Shown: one piece after another, positions 29,019 through 38,646 of the stretch
Layout of the letters: every line of letters begins with the position of its first letter
Numbering within the stretch: the stretch's first letter is position 1
Source: a virus
Lineage: Duplodnaviria > Caudoviricetes
Virus record (IMG/VR): IMGVR_UViG_3300032247_000581
Location: 31,921 to 95,920 of that record
Reading direction: 5' to 3' (one strand)
DNA: 64,000 nucleotides
Position numbers and translations under genes: made by a program
Notes under the pieces: model-generated
What the model was told of the DNA's origin: nothing
Seen by the model: the letters and a program-made list of their open reading frames with translations, nothing else
The model's database searches: none

Positions 29019-29253
29019 GGCGCCATATTTTGATGGTACCCAACCGTGCGCACAAACAGACCCAGAACTCTTTTTCCCTGAGAATGCTGGAGAAGCCAAT
29101 AAAACTAAACGAGTTGTTAAACAAATATGTGGACACTGTGAATTTCAAGCCGATTGTTTGGAATACGCGTTAACACATGATGTATTTGGAATCTGGGGAG
29201 GAATGTTAGATTCTGAACGTAGAATGATGAGGCGTAAACGATTATCTGCTTAA
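28960..29253 (+). CDS. whiB: WhiB-family transcription factor (start uncertain)
   Basis: C...DPELFFP...CxxC...C.EYAL...GIWGG...ER. Confidence 0.92.
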   Translation: MSLQAHVQHGDFGKRKAGIKAPYFDGTQPCAQTDPELFFPENAGEANKTKRVVKQICGHCEFQADCLEYALTHDVFGIWGGMLDSERRMMRRKRLSA

Positions 29254-29255
29254 AG

Positions 29256-29289
29256 TAAAAAGCCCCAGCCAATTGGCTGGGGCTTTTTC
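29256..29289. terminator. Bidirectional intrinsic terminator
   Basis: aaaaagccccagcc-aatt-ggctggggcttttt between convergent genes. Confidence 0.85.
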
Positions 29290-29300
29290 TATTGAGAAGC

Positions 29301-30374
29301 TTATGAAGCTGCTGCCCAAGGTGTAATTGTGATTGCTGCGCCTGCTGAAACTGAAGAGGCACCTGCTGCACGTGATTGTGTCTTGATTGTTCCTGGAACA
29401 CCGATTACTGAGCCAGTTCCTGTAGACAAAGCGGTGCTTGCATTTGTGACAAAGTAAACCTTGTCAGTGCTTTCGTTTGCAGTTACAGTCCAAGTTCCAT
29501 CAACAGTTCCTGTTGATGCAACTGTAATCTTTGTGCCAACTGGGTATGCTGCAGTTGCACCTGTTGCTGTAATGCGAGCAGTTGTTGAGCCATCAGCACG
29601 GTCAACGTCTGTAATTGATTTAGCAGCGTTTGTTGCCCCTGCTGCAGTTGTAACAACAAGCTCTGCATCTGTCAAAGCATCTACAGCCAAAGCTGTTGTA
29701 AGCCCAAGAACTGATGGAACTACTACATAGTCAACGCCAGAGATATAGGCACCATCATTTGCAGTGACTTCATCTGTATAACGAGCTGTACCTGAGATAT
29801 TAATGTAATCTCCAGTACCAGATGCTGTTACTGTAAATGTGTAGCGGTTTGCTGATGCTACAGTTAGATTTGTTCCATCAAGACCTGTTCCAGCAATATT
29901 TACTGTGTCTCCAGCCTTAAGGAAGTTATTTGGAGCTGTGTAAGTCTGTGTAGTGCCATCACCAGATGCCTGTGTAATACGGTAGACAGCTTGGTGTGTG
30001 CTTGCAAATCGAGGATAAGAAGCCCAACCAGATTCTGCACGAACGTGGTTATCTGAAGGAACGTTGAAAGTAAGTGCGTTTGCAAATGTTGTTGTTAGAG
30101 CTCCGTAAGCAAGGTTACCGCTTGCTACCTGAGTAGTAGCTGCCCATTGACGGTCATAATCTGAACCACCAATATTTGTTACTGAACCACGACGTTCATC
30201 GTTTGGTTGTAGTGGGTTCATTCCACCCCATACGTAATCTACAACAATGTTTCCTGCTGAGTCGGTTGCGTGACCGTCATTATTTGTTCCGCCTGCTTGG
30301 GCTGCAATAGCAACTGAATATGCTCCAGTAGCTTGGTCAGACCCCACGGCTGCGGGTGATGAATAACTTGACAT
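29301..30374 (-). CDS. Structural/decoration-like protein with split PASTA-like segment
   Basis: Thr/Ala-rich beta repeats; VVPSVLGLT...A..AL. Confidence 0.55.
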   Translation of the reverse strand: MSSYSSPAAVGSDQATGAYSVAIAAQAGGTNNDGHATDSAGNIVVDYVWGGMNPLQPNDERRGSVTNIGGSDYDRQWAATTQVASGNLAYGALTTTFANALTFNVPSDNHVRAESGWASYPRFASTHQAVYRITQASGDGTTQTYTAPNNFLKAGDTVNIAGTGLDGTNLTVASANRYTFTVTASGTGDYINISGTARYTDEVTANDGAYISGVDYVVVPSVLGLTTALAVDALTDAELVVTTAAGATNAAKSITDVDRADGSTTARITATGATAAYPVGTKITVASTGTVDGTWTVTANESTDKVYFVTNASTALSTGTGSVIGVPGTIKTQSRAAGASSVSAGAAITITPWAAAS

Positions 30375-30398
30375 TGATAATACCTCTCTAGAGTTTGG

Positions 30399-30653
30399 TT
30401 AGCAGTCCCATGCGCGTAGGGACTTATTAATTCTACTGTTTGGGTCATTAGCTGTCTTACTAGACGTATTAGCCCTTTTCATTCCAGTCATTCGAGCGCA
30501 AAAAGATTTGTGCCTTGCATTCTGATGGTCTTTACTTGGAGCTTTTAAATTACTGCCTGGGTGAGCTGACTCATAAGATTTGCGCCCTTTTTCATTAAGG
30601 CCACCATTTTTATTTTTGCCAGCTTTACGTTGCCATGCTTCTGAACTAGCCAT
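30399..30653 (-). CDS. DUF6321-like small basic protein
   Basis: AWQRK.GKN..GGLN.KGR...KSFCARM. Confidence 0.65.
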   Translation of the reverse strand: MASSEAWQRKAGKNKNGGLNEKGRKSYESAHPGSNLKAPSKDHQNARHKSFCARMTGMKRANTSSKTANDPNSRINKSLRAWDC

Positions 30654-30807
30654 TTGATTCTCCGTTCGCGCCTCTACCTGGATTCATGTAGACACCTGTC
30701 TTTGCTTTTTCTTGGTCCCTTAGAAAGAATTTTCTAAGACCAAATCTAGAGTCATTAATAGTTGTAGGGCGCAAATTTGCCTCTTTAAAAGATTTATTGC
30801 GCTTCAT
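30646..30807 (-). CDS. Small basic hypothetical protein (53 aa)
   Basis: Read manually; coupled to its neighbours. Confidence 0.5.
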   Translation of the reverse strand: MKRNKSFKEANLRPTTINDSRFGLRKFFLRDQEKAKTGVYMNPGRGANGESNG

Positions 30808-30983
30808 ACTTTCCAACGATTCCACTGTGCACTTTGAGTCTTTACTCCAACCACAGAACCACTTGCCCTAGTAAGGGCGTCACGAAATTCTCGCTCTCCC
30901 ATACGGGTGCGGTTAATATTCATCTGAGTCAAAGACTGAGTAGCGTAGTCTTCTTTAGGCTCAAGATTTTTTCTTTTAGACAT
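30804..30983 (-). CDS. Small hypothetical protein (59 aa)
   Basis: Read manually; ATGA overlap. Confidence 0.5.
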   Translation of the reverse strand: MSKRKNLEPKEDYATQSLTQMNINRTRMGEREFRDALTRASGSVVGVKTQSAQWNRWKV

Positions 30984-31423
30984 TAGTCGTCTAAGTTAAC
31001 AGAGTCTGGTTTTGGTTGAGACTTGTAAGTTCCGCTAACGCCACTCTTTCCAACGTTAAGGTTAGAAAATTGTCCTGACGAACCCATACGTTCAAAGTGG
31101 TCAATAATATGAGTTGTTGCAGCAATATCGCGTTGATGCCCTGCTTCAGCTGCTGCTTGTCCAAGTCTGTGTGTTTGACGCCCTTGATTTAATGTGCGCT
31201 TATGTGCAGCATCTGCAGCTGATTCTCCAAGAACATGCTTGACAACCGACTGCTGCACGTTCTGTGTGTGCTGTTGGTTAGATAGAGCAGATGCTTGTTG
31301 AGCATTAACGCCGCCTTTTCCACCAAAAGCATTTTTACCAACCATTACAGCAGCAATTTGACGAGAAAGACCGCGAATACCACCAGTACCTGATGGGGCG
31401 CTTGAAAAAGGATTAGTTGCCAT
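30983..31423 (-). CDS. Hypothetical protein
   Basis: 146-aa ORF. Confidence 0.6.
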   Translation of the reverse strand: MATNPFSSAPSGTGGIRGLSRQIAAVMVGKNAFGGKGGVNAQQASALSNQQHTQNVQQSVVKHVLGESAADAAHKRTLNQGRQTHRLGQAAAEAGHQRDIAATTHIIDHFERMGSSGQFSNLNVGKSGVSGTYKSQPKPDSVNLDD

Positions 31424-31459
31424 GGGTAAATGGTCTCCTAAAAGAGAAGTGTTTTCTGT

Positions 31460-31564
31460 CTAAGCAAGATGCTTTTCTTCACAACTTCGTGCTAATTCTG
31501 GGACTACAAATACCTTGTCGCAGAAAGCGCATGTATAGAGCTTTCTGCGTTCGGCATCAGTCAC
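31460..31564 (-). CDS. 34-aa zinc-finger-like peptide
   Basis: YTCAFCDKVF.......CEEKH. Confidence 0.45.
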   Translation of the reverse strand: MTDAERRKLYTCAFCDKVFVVPELARSCEEKHLA

Positions 31565-32307
31565 TAAATAAGGTCCATCAATGCTGCCCAAGTTTTTGGG
31601 CCTACGATTCCATTAGAGTCTAAATTGTCGTGGTTATCTTGGAAAGCAATAACTTTAGCTTTTGTAGCTGGTCCAAAATCACCATCTTCAACTAATGTTA
31701 AAGCGTGTTGAATAAGTTTGACAGATTCATTTTTATCACCAGGGCGAATTTGACCTGGAAATGCAGGTTTTTCTGCTGGAACTACTGTGGCTGTTACTTC
31801 ATTGCCTTTATAATTAGGGCGTCCAAATCCAACAATAAAACTTGGGATTCCCTTAGCGTTACGCTTGTAGGCACGAATTTTCTTTACAGCTTCACCGCCG
31901 TTAGCTTGTGAACCAGATTTTTTCTTATCACCAGAGGTGTTTCCCTCCATAGTTGTTACCGTGCCATCTCCGTTGTTTTTAACAACAATCCCAACATGTT
32001 CAATAGGAGCTCCACCTGCAACAAAATCAAAGTAGACAATATCGCCTGGTTGTGGGTCGGCTTTTTCTGCATCTGTCCAAGTGCCAAGTTTCTTAAATGC
32101 TGCTGCACCTGCCATTGTAGATACGGTGTTTGGAATAGTTACGCCAGCAGCATTTGCTACCCACATACAGAAACTTCCGCACCATGGGAGAAAGTTAGCC
32201 TTTGTAAAAGCGCCGTATTTAGTTTCGTTATCTTTTGGTCCTTCTACATAACCTTCTTCTTTAAGAGCAGTTTCTACCATTAAAGCGGCTGTGCCTTTTG
32301 CTGCCAT
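31564..32307 (-). CDS. Endolysin: CHAP amidase plus peptidoglycan-binding domain
   Basis: PWCGSF, HVGIV and EGNT catalytic motifs; DGDFGPAT...GIVGPKTW binding domain. Confidence 0.88.
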   Translation of the reverse strand: MAAKGTAALMVETALKEEGYVEGPKDNETKYGAFTKANFLPWCGSFCMWVANAAGVTIPNTVSTMAGAAAFKKLGTWTDAEKADPQPGDIVYFDFVAGGAPIEHVGIVVKNNGDGTVTTMEGNTSGDKKKSGSQANGGEAVKKIRAYKRNAKGIPSFIVGFGRPNYKGNEVTATVVPAEKPAFPGQIRPGDKNESVKLIQHALTLVEDGDFGPATKAKVIAFQDNHDNLDSNGIVGPKTWAALMDLI

Positions 32308-32318
32308 TTTGTACTCCT

Positions 32319-32699
32319 CTAGTTATAGTCTGGGTGGTCTTCTGGTGCTGCCTCTGATACTGGAGGTAACCCCGCTGGAATTCCGTTTACCGCAGGTGTT
32401 TCTGGTGCAATTGTAATGGTTGAGCCTGACTGGTTGGCTTCAACCTGAAGGTCAGCTGCGGTCTTGGAGTTAACATCAACTGCTGCAAAAGCTGAGTTGA
32501 TTTCATCTAGTGAAAGCTTGCCATCGTTCATAAAGCCACGAGCAAGTTTTTCAACTACTGCTGCTACTGCCGTAAGACCAGCAACTGTTACTGCTTTTAA
32601 TACTGAGATACCAGCAATAGAACCTGCACCAATTACGCCAAGACCACTTGCTGCAAAAACAGCAACAATACGTAGGAGAATGTTTCCAAACATTTTCAT
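32319..32699 (-). CDS. Holin-like membrane protein
   Basis: Two TMs followed by DGKLSLDEIN. Confidence 0.6.
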   Translation of the reverse strand: MKMFGNILLRIVAVFAASGLGVIGAGSIAGISVLKAVTVAGLTAVAAVVEKLARGFMNDGKLSLDEINSAFAAVDVNSKTAADLQVEANQSGSTITIAPETPAVNGIPAGLPPVSEAAPEDHPDYN

Positions 32700-32881
32700 T
32701 CTTTATCCCCTGGGTTTCTAAGTCTAAGAGTGATGCACCATACGACAAATGAAGCAACTGTCACTTTTCCAATAACAGTCTTTGCACTTCCAGTAAGTAC
32801 AAGCCACGCAGAAAAAAGACCTACAAAAGTCCAAATTTCTGAAAAGAAATCTTTAGATATATCTTTAAAAAATTGTTTCAT
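32696..32881 (-). CDS. Small two-TM membrane protein
   Basis: Hydrophobic 61-aa ORF coupled to the 896-aa gene. Confidence 0.6.
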   Translation of the reverse strand: MKQFFKDISKDFFSEIWTFVGLFSAWLVLTGSAKTVIGKVTVASFVVWCITLRLRNPGDKE

Positions 32882-35571
32882 TAGCTACCAAATCTCCTTC
32901 TAATAGCGGCAATTGCAACGGTTATAACCAAAATCTTTTTGGCTTTCTTTCTTGTAACTGGGGACATGTCGTTGCCGATATTCGCAAGAGCTACATAAGC
33001 CTGATTGACGGCTTGTACTGCCGCTCCTGCGCCTGGTATCACATCTAATGCTGCGGGTACTTCAACAGGTACTAATACTACAGGCACAGCAACATCGGGG
33101 GCATTGAAAGTCATTCCTCCTGGTTGTCCAATGAAAGTTTCTGCAACTGTAATAGCCTCTGGTGGAATTGGGTCACCAGAACCAGGGGCTGGCGCTGGTG
33201 GTGTAAGTGTTCCGTCTTCAGTAACAACTTGTGGGGCAGTCTGTGTACCGAAGAATTGAATACCGCCATTTTCAACACCTGGTACGTCAATTTGTACGTG
33301 AGCTACTAAAGCCTCTACTGGTGCAGGTTTTGGTACATCTGTAGGTAATTGAGCAGCATTATTTGGCACAATGCCAATTTCCTTAAAAGCTTGAATTGCC
33401 GCTGGTGCCATGTATGTCTCTGGCGCTACGGCTGGAACCCACGTTGCTGCTGTAGTATTCTCTGTAATAACTACAGGAGGTTGTGATGGTTCTATGGACG
33501 GATTTTCTGGCATTGGGTCTACTGGCGGTGGTGCTGGTGGTTCTACGATTGGTGGTACCTCGACAGGAGCTTCCTCCACAGGTGGCTCGATTGGTGTTGG
33601 CTCTTGAGGCTGTGATGTTTCTTCTGTTGGTGGTAATGGTTCTTCTGGTGCGGGCGCAGTAGGTGGCTCACCAATTGAACCTTCAGGGTCAGGAGTTGCC
33701 ACAGGAGGCTCTTCAGCAGGTGCTGCAGGCTCTTCTGCGGGCGCAGGAGCAGGTTCAGGAGCTGGCTGCTCAACAGGTAAAGGTTCTGGGGCTGGCAGTG
33801 GCTCTGGTTGAACATCTGGCAAAGGAGTAGGCATTGGAACAGGAGATGGCTCTGGAGACGGCGCAGGTGTTGGAGCGGGCTGCTCAACGGGCGCTGGCAA
33901 AGGCGTTGGAGAAACAATCACAAGCGCAGGAGGAACAACTACAGGAGCGGGTGCGGGAACAGAATCAATAATAGTTTGTGTTGAAGCAATAACTGCAGGA
34001 GCAGCAATTACTGTTTCAACTGCAGCGGAGACAGTTGCAAGTGCTGTTGTTTTATCAGTTAGTGTTGTAGAGGCCGTAGTTAATGCAGTAACTGTGTTTT
34101 GAGAAACTGTAGAAATTGTTGGAATGCGAGATGCCGCAGATGCTGTTGCAGTATTAGCAGCAACTACTGAAGTGATAGTGGAGTTTAAAGCGGCAATTTG
34201 AGCGCTAGCATTTTCAACTGCTGCTTGAACAGCAGCGGTACTTGGGTCTGGAATTGGTACGAATGGCGCACCTTGTGCAACAACTCCGTTAAACCCAGGA
34301 CCAGGATTTGTATCAGCAATAGGAATAATTGTTCCGTTGGTAGTAGGGCGGATATTAAAGCGAGCACCGTTAGGGATAGGTCCAGTAACGCTTACATCTG
34401 CTACCCATGCTCCATCTGCAGGATTTACATCGGCATTAAATCTAATCTGTGTCATTTGTGTATCGGCAGTCATTTGTGGATATGGTCGAACATCCCAAGC
34501 AACTGATAATGTATTTGTAGTTGTTGAATAGGTAACACCAGAGCCATTGCTCCAGGTAGTCCAGTCATATCCTGCTACAGAAATTGATGGGGCACTGGGA
34601 GTTGAATAATAGTTACTACCTTCGTTAACTCCAAAAGTAATCGTTGCATTAGAGCCTACGTATACGTTTGTGTAAGTAACACCGCCTATTTGTAATCTAA
34701 ATGGCAAATTCATACGAACACCAGCATCGTCTTGTCCAGCCAAAACATTTGTAGAAGCACCGATAGTTGCTGCTAAAGCGTTCACTGCATCTTGTGCGTT
34801 GTTGATTGCAATGTTTGCTTGTGTTAACTGTGTCTGTGCATCTGTGCGTGCGGGCGCTACTGCAGCAACCGCTGTGGTTGCTGCTGCTACGGCTGTTGCT
34901 GCTGTTTGTACTTGAGTAGTTGCATCCTGTACTGCAGCAATTGCTGTTGCTGCTTGTGCGGCCTCTGTTGCTACTTGAGTTGCAACTTGTGTAATAGTTA
35001 CCTCTGGAGTTGGAGTAACAGTTACCTCTGGAGTTGGAGTTGGAGTTGGAGTTGCTGCTGCAACTACTGCTTGTACTAGAGTTGTTGCTGCCTCTGCAAC
35101 TGTTGAAACCGCTGCAGTTACTGCTGCTTGAGCAATTGCCACTTCAGGACTTGAGGTTGTTGCTGTAGGAGGAATTGCTGCTACTGCTGTAGTTGCTGCA
35201 GTAACTGCAGTAGTAACGTCTTGCGTTACTACTGTTGCTGTTTCAACTATTGGGGCTGTATTTGCAACTTCTGCCACCGCTGCCACTGCTGTTGTTACTG
35301 CGGTATTGGCTGTTACTACTGCTGTATTTGATGCTGTAACTAAAGTTACTGCCGTTGCAACTGTTGCTGTGGCTGTCTCTGAAGCCGCAACTGCTTGTGC
35401 AACCTCTGTTGTTGCTATAGAGAGAGCTGTATTAACTGCTTGTTGGGCAGGACTAACGACCACTTGTTCTGGAACAGGCGGTGTTGGGTCTGTTGCATAC
35501 GCAGATGATTGACCTAATAAATAAAGAATTGATGTAAGAAATAATGCTGCAAATAAACGCAGTGCTTTCAA
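32881..35571 (-). CDS. Large secreted/membrane-anchored Ala/Thr/Pro-rich surface protein
   Basis: Signal peptide (AYA), Ala-rich stalk, central globular domain, PE/PA linker, C-terminal hydrophobic segment plus RRR. Confidence 0.75.
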   Translation of the reverse strand: MKALRLFAALFLTSILYLLGQSSAYATDPTPPVPEQVVVSPAQQAVNTALSIATTEVAQAVAASETATATVATAVTLVTASNTAVVTANTAVTTAVAAVAEVANTAPIVETATVVTQDVTTAVTAATTAVAAIPPTATTSSPEVAIAQAAVTAAVSTVAEAATTLVQAVVAAATPTPTPTPEVTVTPTPEVTITQVATQVATEAAQAATAIAAVQDATTQVQTAATAVAAATTAVAAVAPARTDAQTQLTQANIAINNAQDAVNALAATIGASTNVLAGQDDAGVRMNLPFRLQIGGVTYTNVYVGSNATITFGVNEGSNYYSTPSAPSISVAGYDWTTWSNGSGVTYSTTTNTLSVAWDVRPYPQMTADTQMTQIRFNADVNPADGAWVADVSVTGPIPNGARFNIRPTTNGTIIPIADTNPGPGFNGVVAQGAPFVPIPDPSTAAVQAAVENASAQIAALNSTITSVVAANTATASAASRIPTISTVSQNTVTALTTASTTLTDKTTALATVSAAVETVIAAPAVIASTQTIIDSVPAPAPVVVPPALVIVSPTPLPAPVEQPAPTPAPSPEPSPVPMPTPLPDVQPEPLPAPEPLPVEQPAPEPAPAPAEEPAAPAEEPPVATPDPEGSIGEPPTAPAPEEPLPPTEETSQPQEPTPIEPPVEEAPVEVPPIVEPPAPPPVDPMPENPSIEPSQPPVVITENTTAATWVPAVAPETYMAPAAIQAFKEIGIVPNNAAQLPTDVPKPAPVEALVAHVQIDVPGVENGGIQFFGTQTAPQVVTEDGTLTPPAPAPGSGDPIPPEAITVAETFIGQPGGMTFNAPDVAVPVVLVPVEVPAALDVIPGAGAAVQAVNQAYVALANIGNDMSPVTRKKAKKILVITVAIAAIRRRFGS

Positions 35572-35595
35572 TCACTCTCCCGATGACTTAGAGCT

Positions 35596-35796
35596 CTATT
35601 GTATTAGATTAAATACACCTTCTGGGTCATATACTTTAAGAGATTTTAAAACCAAGTTAGTACCTGCTTTTCTTGCATGATGACCACAAAAAAGTAACTC
35701 ACCGTTAAGAAGTGTAGCGACAACTTTTGCAGCAGCACCACAAGAATCACATCTATCGTTAAGAGTTAAAATTCTCTCTTCAGTCGTGGCGCTCAC
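35596..35796 (-). CDS. Small actinobacterial Zn-binding protein (DRCDxC...LLFCGHH)
   Basis: Motif typical of a small actinobacterial family. Confidence 0.65.
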   Translation of the reverse strand: MSATTEERILTLNDRCDSCGAAAKVVATLLNGELLFCGHHARKAGTNLVLKSLKVYDPEGVFNLIQ

Positions 35797-36083
35797 ATGC
35801 CACCTGCCGCACCAGCACCCGCAGATGTTCCTGCAGCTTCTCCAGAACCAGAAGACATTGATGCGCCTTCTGCAGCCTCTGCTCCACCAAAGCCGTGTTC
35901 TGATGCTTCTTGCGATGCAGTTTCACTTGCTTCATGTGCAGCTTCTCCAGATACTGACATAGAGCCACCAATTCCATAACCCCAATATCCAGGCATAGCT
36001 GGAACAACAACTCCTCCTACACGTAAACCTCTACGAGAGTTAATACCAATGCGGTTAAATTGGTCGTGCTTTTTCTTATGCAT
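35793..36083 (-). CDS. Gly/Ala-rich hypothetical protein
   Basis: 96-aa ORF in operon. Confidence 0.5.
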   Translation of the reverse strand: MHKKKHDQFNRIGINSRRGLRVGGVVVPAMPGYWGYGIGGSMSVSGEAAHEASETASQEASEHGFGGAEAAEGASMSSGSGEAAGTSAGAGAAGGM

Positions 36084-36437
36084 TTAGACCTCTTTCGCTT
36101 TGATTCCGTGGGATTTAAACATTTTAACATTAGATTGTTTATCATCATATGCGTTAGTAATTTTAAATTGCCGTGATACTTTATTAAGAATATGAGACTT
36201 TTCAACTTCATCATGGGCTCGTTCACCTTTAGGGCGCATATAAAGTTCAGCCTCTTTTAAATGATGTTCATCAAGCCAATCTCTTGCTTCATTTTTATCT
36301 GTAACAGATTCACCACTAAGAACAATAACTTTTTCTTTCTTTTTATCTTTTTCAGCCTTTTTTAAAATCTCGTGACGAGGTGCACCAGACTTCTTACGAA
36401 GGGTGCTATTCAAGTCAAAGATAACGGCTTTTTTCAT
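36084..36437 (-). CDS. HAD-fold (PNK phosphatase-like) protein with atypical motif I
   Basis: VIFDLNSTL, LSG, LYMRP and AYDD. Confidence 0.65.
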   Translation of the reverse strand: MKKAVIFDLNSTLRKKSGAPRHEILKKAEKDKKKEKVIVLSGESVTDKNEARDWLDEHHLKEAELYMRPKGERAHDEVEKSHILNKVSRQFKITNAYDDKQSNVKMFKSHGIKAKEV

Positions 36438-36748
36438 TAGCGGCGTTTCATTTCCTTTTCCGCTGTTCTTTTTGCTTCTACTTTTTTAGCTTTAAGTTTT
36501 GCTAATGCAGCACCGCTTACTGGTCCACCAAGCATTGTAGGGTTTTCTGTTATTTCTTTTATAGTTGGATTTAAATTAACAATGTTTTTTGCGCCTTGAA
36601 CGCCAGATTTAACATCGCGTTCGTATTGCTGAGCGCCAGTCATGTTACGAGTAATGTCCATCTCTTGAATACTTTGTTCAACTGCTCTTTTTTGTAACTT
36701 CGCAGGACTGGTGCCTTTACCTGTAAATTGAGTTGATGTAGGTTCCAT
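36437..36748 (-). CDS. Small basic hypothetical protein
   Basis: 103 aa with AAGGAG RBS. Confidence 0.6.
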   Translation of the reverse strand: MEPTSTQFTGKGTSPAKLQKRAVEQSIQEMDITRNMTGAQQYERDVKSGVQGAKNIVNLNPTIKEITENPTMLGGPVSGAALAKLKAKKVEAKRTAEKEMKRR

Positions 36749-37041
36749 TATTTCTCGTTCTCCTTTTTACCTGCGCGGCGTTTGTTTTCTTTAGCGGTGT
36801 TCTTACCCTTATCTAGGATACGAAGGTTGCCCTTAGAGTCATTATTGTGGTTATTATCTTTATGGTCAACTGTCTTGTTCTTAGACTTAATTTTGCCGTT
36901 TGCAGACTCATAGTCAGCACGGGCTTTGTTCTTAGAAGTTGTTACCCATTTACCATCTACTTTTTTCTTGTAAACGTAAATGGGACGACCGCCATTTGCT
37001 TCAGAACCTTTGTAGGGTCCAAATTTTTTTGTTTCAGCCAT
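36748..37041 (-). CDS. Small HNH-like protein
   Basis: VDHKDNNHNND...NLR...N. Confidence 0.6.
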   Translation of the reverse strand: MAETKKFGPYKGSEANGGRPIYVYKKKVDGKWVTTSKNKARADYESANGKIKSKNKTVDHKDNNHNNDSKGNLRILDKGKNTAKENKRRAGKKENEK

Positions 37042-37196
37042 TATTTACTTTTCTTTTTAACAGCCATATTGTCAATCAAATTTGGATATGGACGACCAGC
37101 AGCTGCGGCACGTGCTTTAGCTGCAGATTTTTGAGCTGGTGTGAGTGGGGTGCTCTTCTTTTTAGGATTGGGTGTGTCCCATACTTTTTTAACCAT
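37041..37196 (-). CDS. Small basic protein (GRPYPNLIDNM)
   Basis: 51 aa, read manually. Confidence 0.55.
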   Translation of the reverse strand: MVKKVWDTPNPKKKSTPLTPAQKSAAKARAAAAGRPYPNLIDNMAVKKKSK

Positions 37197-37386
37197 TTTT
37201 CTTATGCCAATCTCTTGTTGCTTTTACACCTTGCTTAATTGTCTTAGCGCCAGCTTTTTTGGTCAAGTTGATTTTGTCATACTTGCCTTTGTTACCAGCG
37301 TGGTCAACAATAACCTCGCCCTTTTTGTTTTTCTTAATAGTGTGGCCTTCGCCAGCAACTTTAATAGTTTTAGCCATTTGATTCAA
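37189..37386 (-). CDS. Small Lys-rich protein
   Basis: Coupled ORF. Confidence 0.55.
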   Translation of the reverse strand: MNQMAKTIKVAGEGHTIKKNKKGEVIVDHAGNKGKYDKINLTKKAGAKTIKQGVKATRDWHKKNG

Positions 37387-37891
37387 CCACCTTAGTATCT
37401 GCTGCTACAACATATTTATTATACGCTGCTACCCAGTCTTTAGAGATTGCTTTTTGAGCATCTTTAAGGGTAATTGTCTTAGCGCAAATCATTCTCTTTA
37501 ACTTTGTTTCAATAACATCTTTTTTGCGTGCATTGATACCTGCATATGGTTCAGGCCATAAATTCTTTGGGTCTTTAGGGTCTCCACCAAGCTGAAGAGA
37601 GATGAGATGGTCTTCTTCATATCCTGCAGGGTCTGCGCCATAGACGGCAACTAAAGACTTATATGTAGTAGCAAGTTGAGTTGCCTTTAACTTATTAGTG
37701 TAAGAAACGGGGGGACGGATAGTATCTGTCCACCCAGACTTACAAACTGTGTCTGCAATGTTTGCCTGCGTAACCGCAGGGTTTAATACACCAGGTGTTG
37801 CTTTAGCATTAGGTTTTACCCAGTCTGCACCGTAAGCAGGAGCCATAAGGCTAAGAAAGAAAATGGCTACAATAATTTTGCTTTTAATCAT
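37370..37891 (-). CDS. Secreted HNH-family nuclease-like protein
   Basis: Signal peptide; YEEDHLISLQLGG.P..PKNLWPEP. Confidence 0.7.
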   Translation of the reverse strand: MIKSKIIVAIFFLSLMAPAYGADWVKPNAKATPGVLNPAVTQANIADTVCKSGWTDTIRPPVSYTNKLKATQLATTYKSLVAVYGADPAGYEEDHLISLQLGGDPKDPKNLWPEPYAGINARKKDVIETKLKRMICAKTITLKDAQKAISKDWVAAYNKYVVAADTKVVESNG

Positions 37892-38088
37892 TATCGGTTG
37901 TAGTTCCTTAACTGCTTATTGAGAATATCTTGAGCTTGTTCAGATACCTCATATTGTTGGTAGGAAGGTTTAGGAGCAGTGTATTGCCCATAACTGACAT
38001 TACGAAACTCCATATTACGTGAGCGTGGGTTAGGCTTTAATCCTGCACGTTGCGCTTTGGTTCTTCCTAGAGCTGGGTCGTTAATCAT
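37891..38088 (-). CDS. Small hypothetical protein
   Basis: Likely start MINDPAL. Confidence 0.5.
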   Translation of the reverse strand: MINDPALGRTKAQRAGLKPNPRSRNMEFRNVSYGQYTAPKPSYQQYEVSEQAQDILNKQLRNYNR

Positions 38089-38272
38089 TTTCATCCCACA
38101 AAATCTTTTTGTTGCTGTAATAAGCTTCGTCAGCGGCATCTTTACGGCGCTTTGTTCGCTCTGCAGCCAAATCAACAACGCGTGCACCTTCGTTAGCACG
38201 GTCAGGTGGATTAAGTTTTCCAGTCATACGTCGCGCTGGGTGCATATCTGAAGGTGAGCCCATATCGTCCAT
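38081..38272 (-). CDS. Small hypothetical protein
   Basis: Leaderless-like start. Confidence 0.55.
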   Translation of the reverse strand: MDDMGSPSDMHPARRMTGKLNPPDRANEGARVVDLAAERTKRRKDAADEAYYSNKKILWDEND

Positions 38273-38296
38273 AGGACTATTCTCTCGTACCCTAGG

Positions 38297-38527
38297 CTAT
38301 TTTTCGGCGTTAAATCTATTTAGATAAGACTCATACGCCTCTTCTAACATGTTACAGAGAACATGCGTAGTTCTTTTATGTTTTAACTCAAAGTGCTCTC
38401 GCCACTCCATGGGATTGGTAAATCTGTTCCCACAGCCATTATTAATATCTTGATAGATAACGCGCCCAAATGAGCCAGCCACCCCAGGTTCACCCTGTTG
38501 CTCTAAAGCCCAATCTAAAAAATGCAT
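38297..38527 (-). CDS. Small hypothetical protein
   Basis: 76 aa; ATG 6 nt after TATCTT. Confidence 0.55.
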   Translation of the reverse strand: MHFLDWALEQQGEPGVAGSFGRVIYQDINNGCGNRFTNPMEWREHFELKHKRTTHVLCNMLEEAYESYLNRFNAEK

Positions 38528-38646
38528 GGGATAAAGATACGGCTTTAACCAATTCCTATGGCGTCAAAGTCATCTATATGCTCATCTATGGTTCGGTGGA
38601 CAACTACAATAGATGTAACTAAGTCACCTTCTTCGTACCCACACAT

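Noticed and set aside
28479-29253. SLT-WhiB fusion by +1 shift at UAU-UAA
   Set aside because: The frames permit it, but fusing an exported enzyme to a cytoplasmic Fe-S regulator is implausible and the P-site codon cannot re-pair
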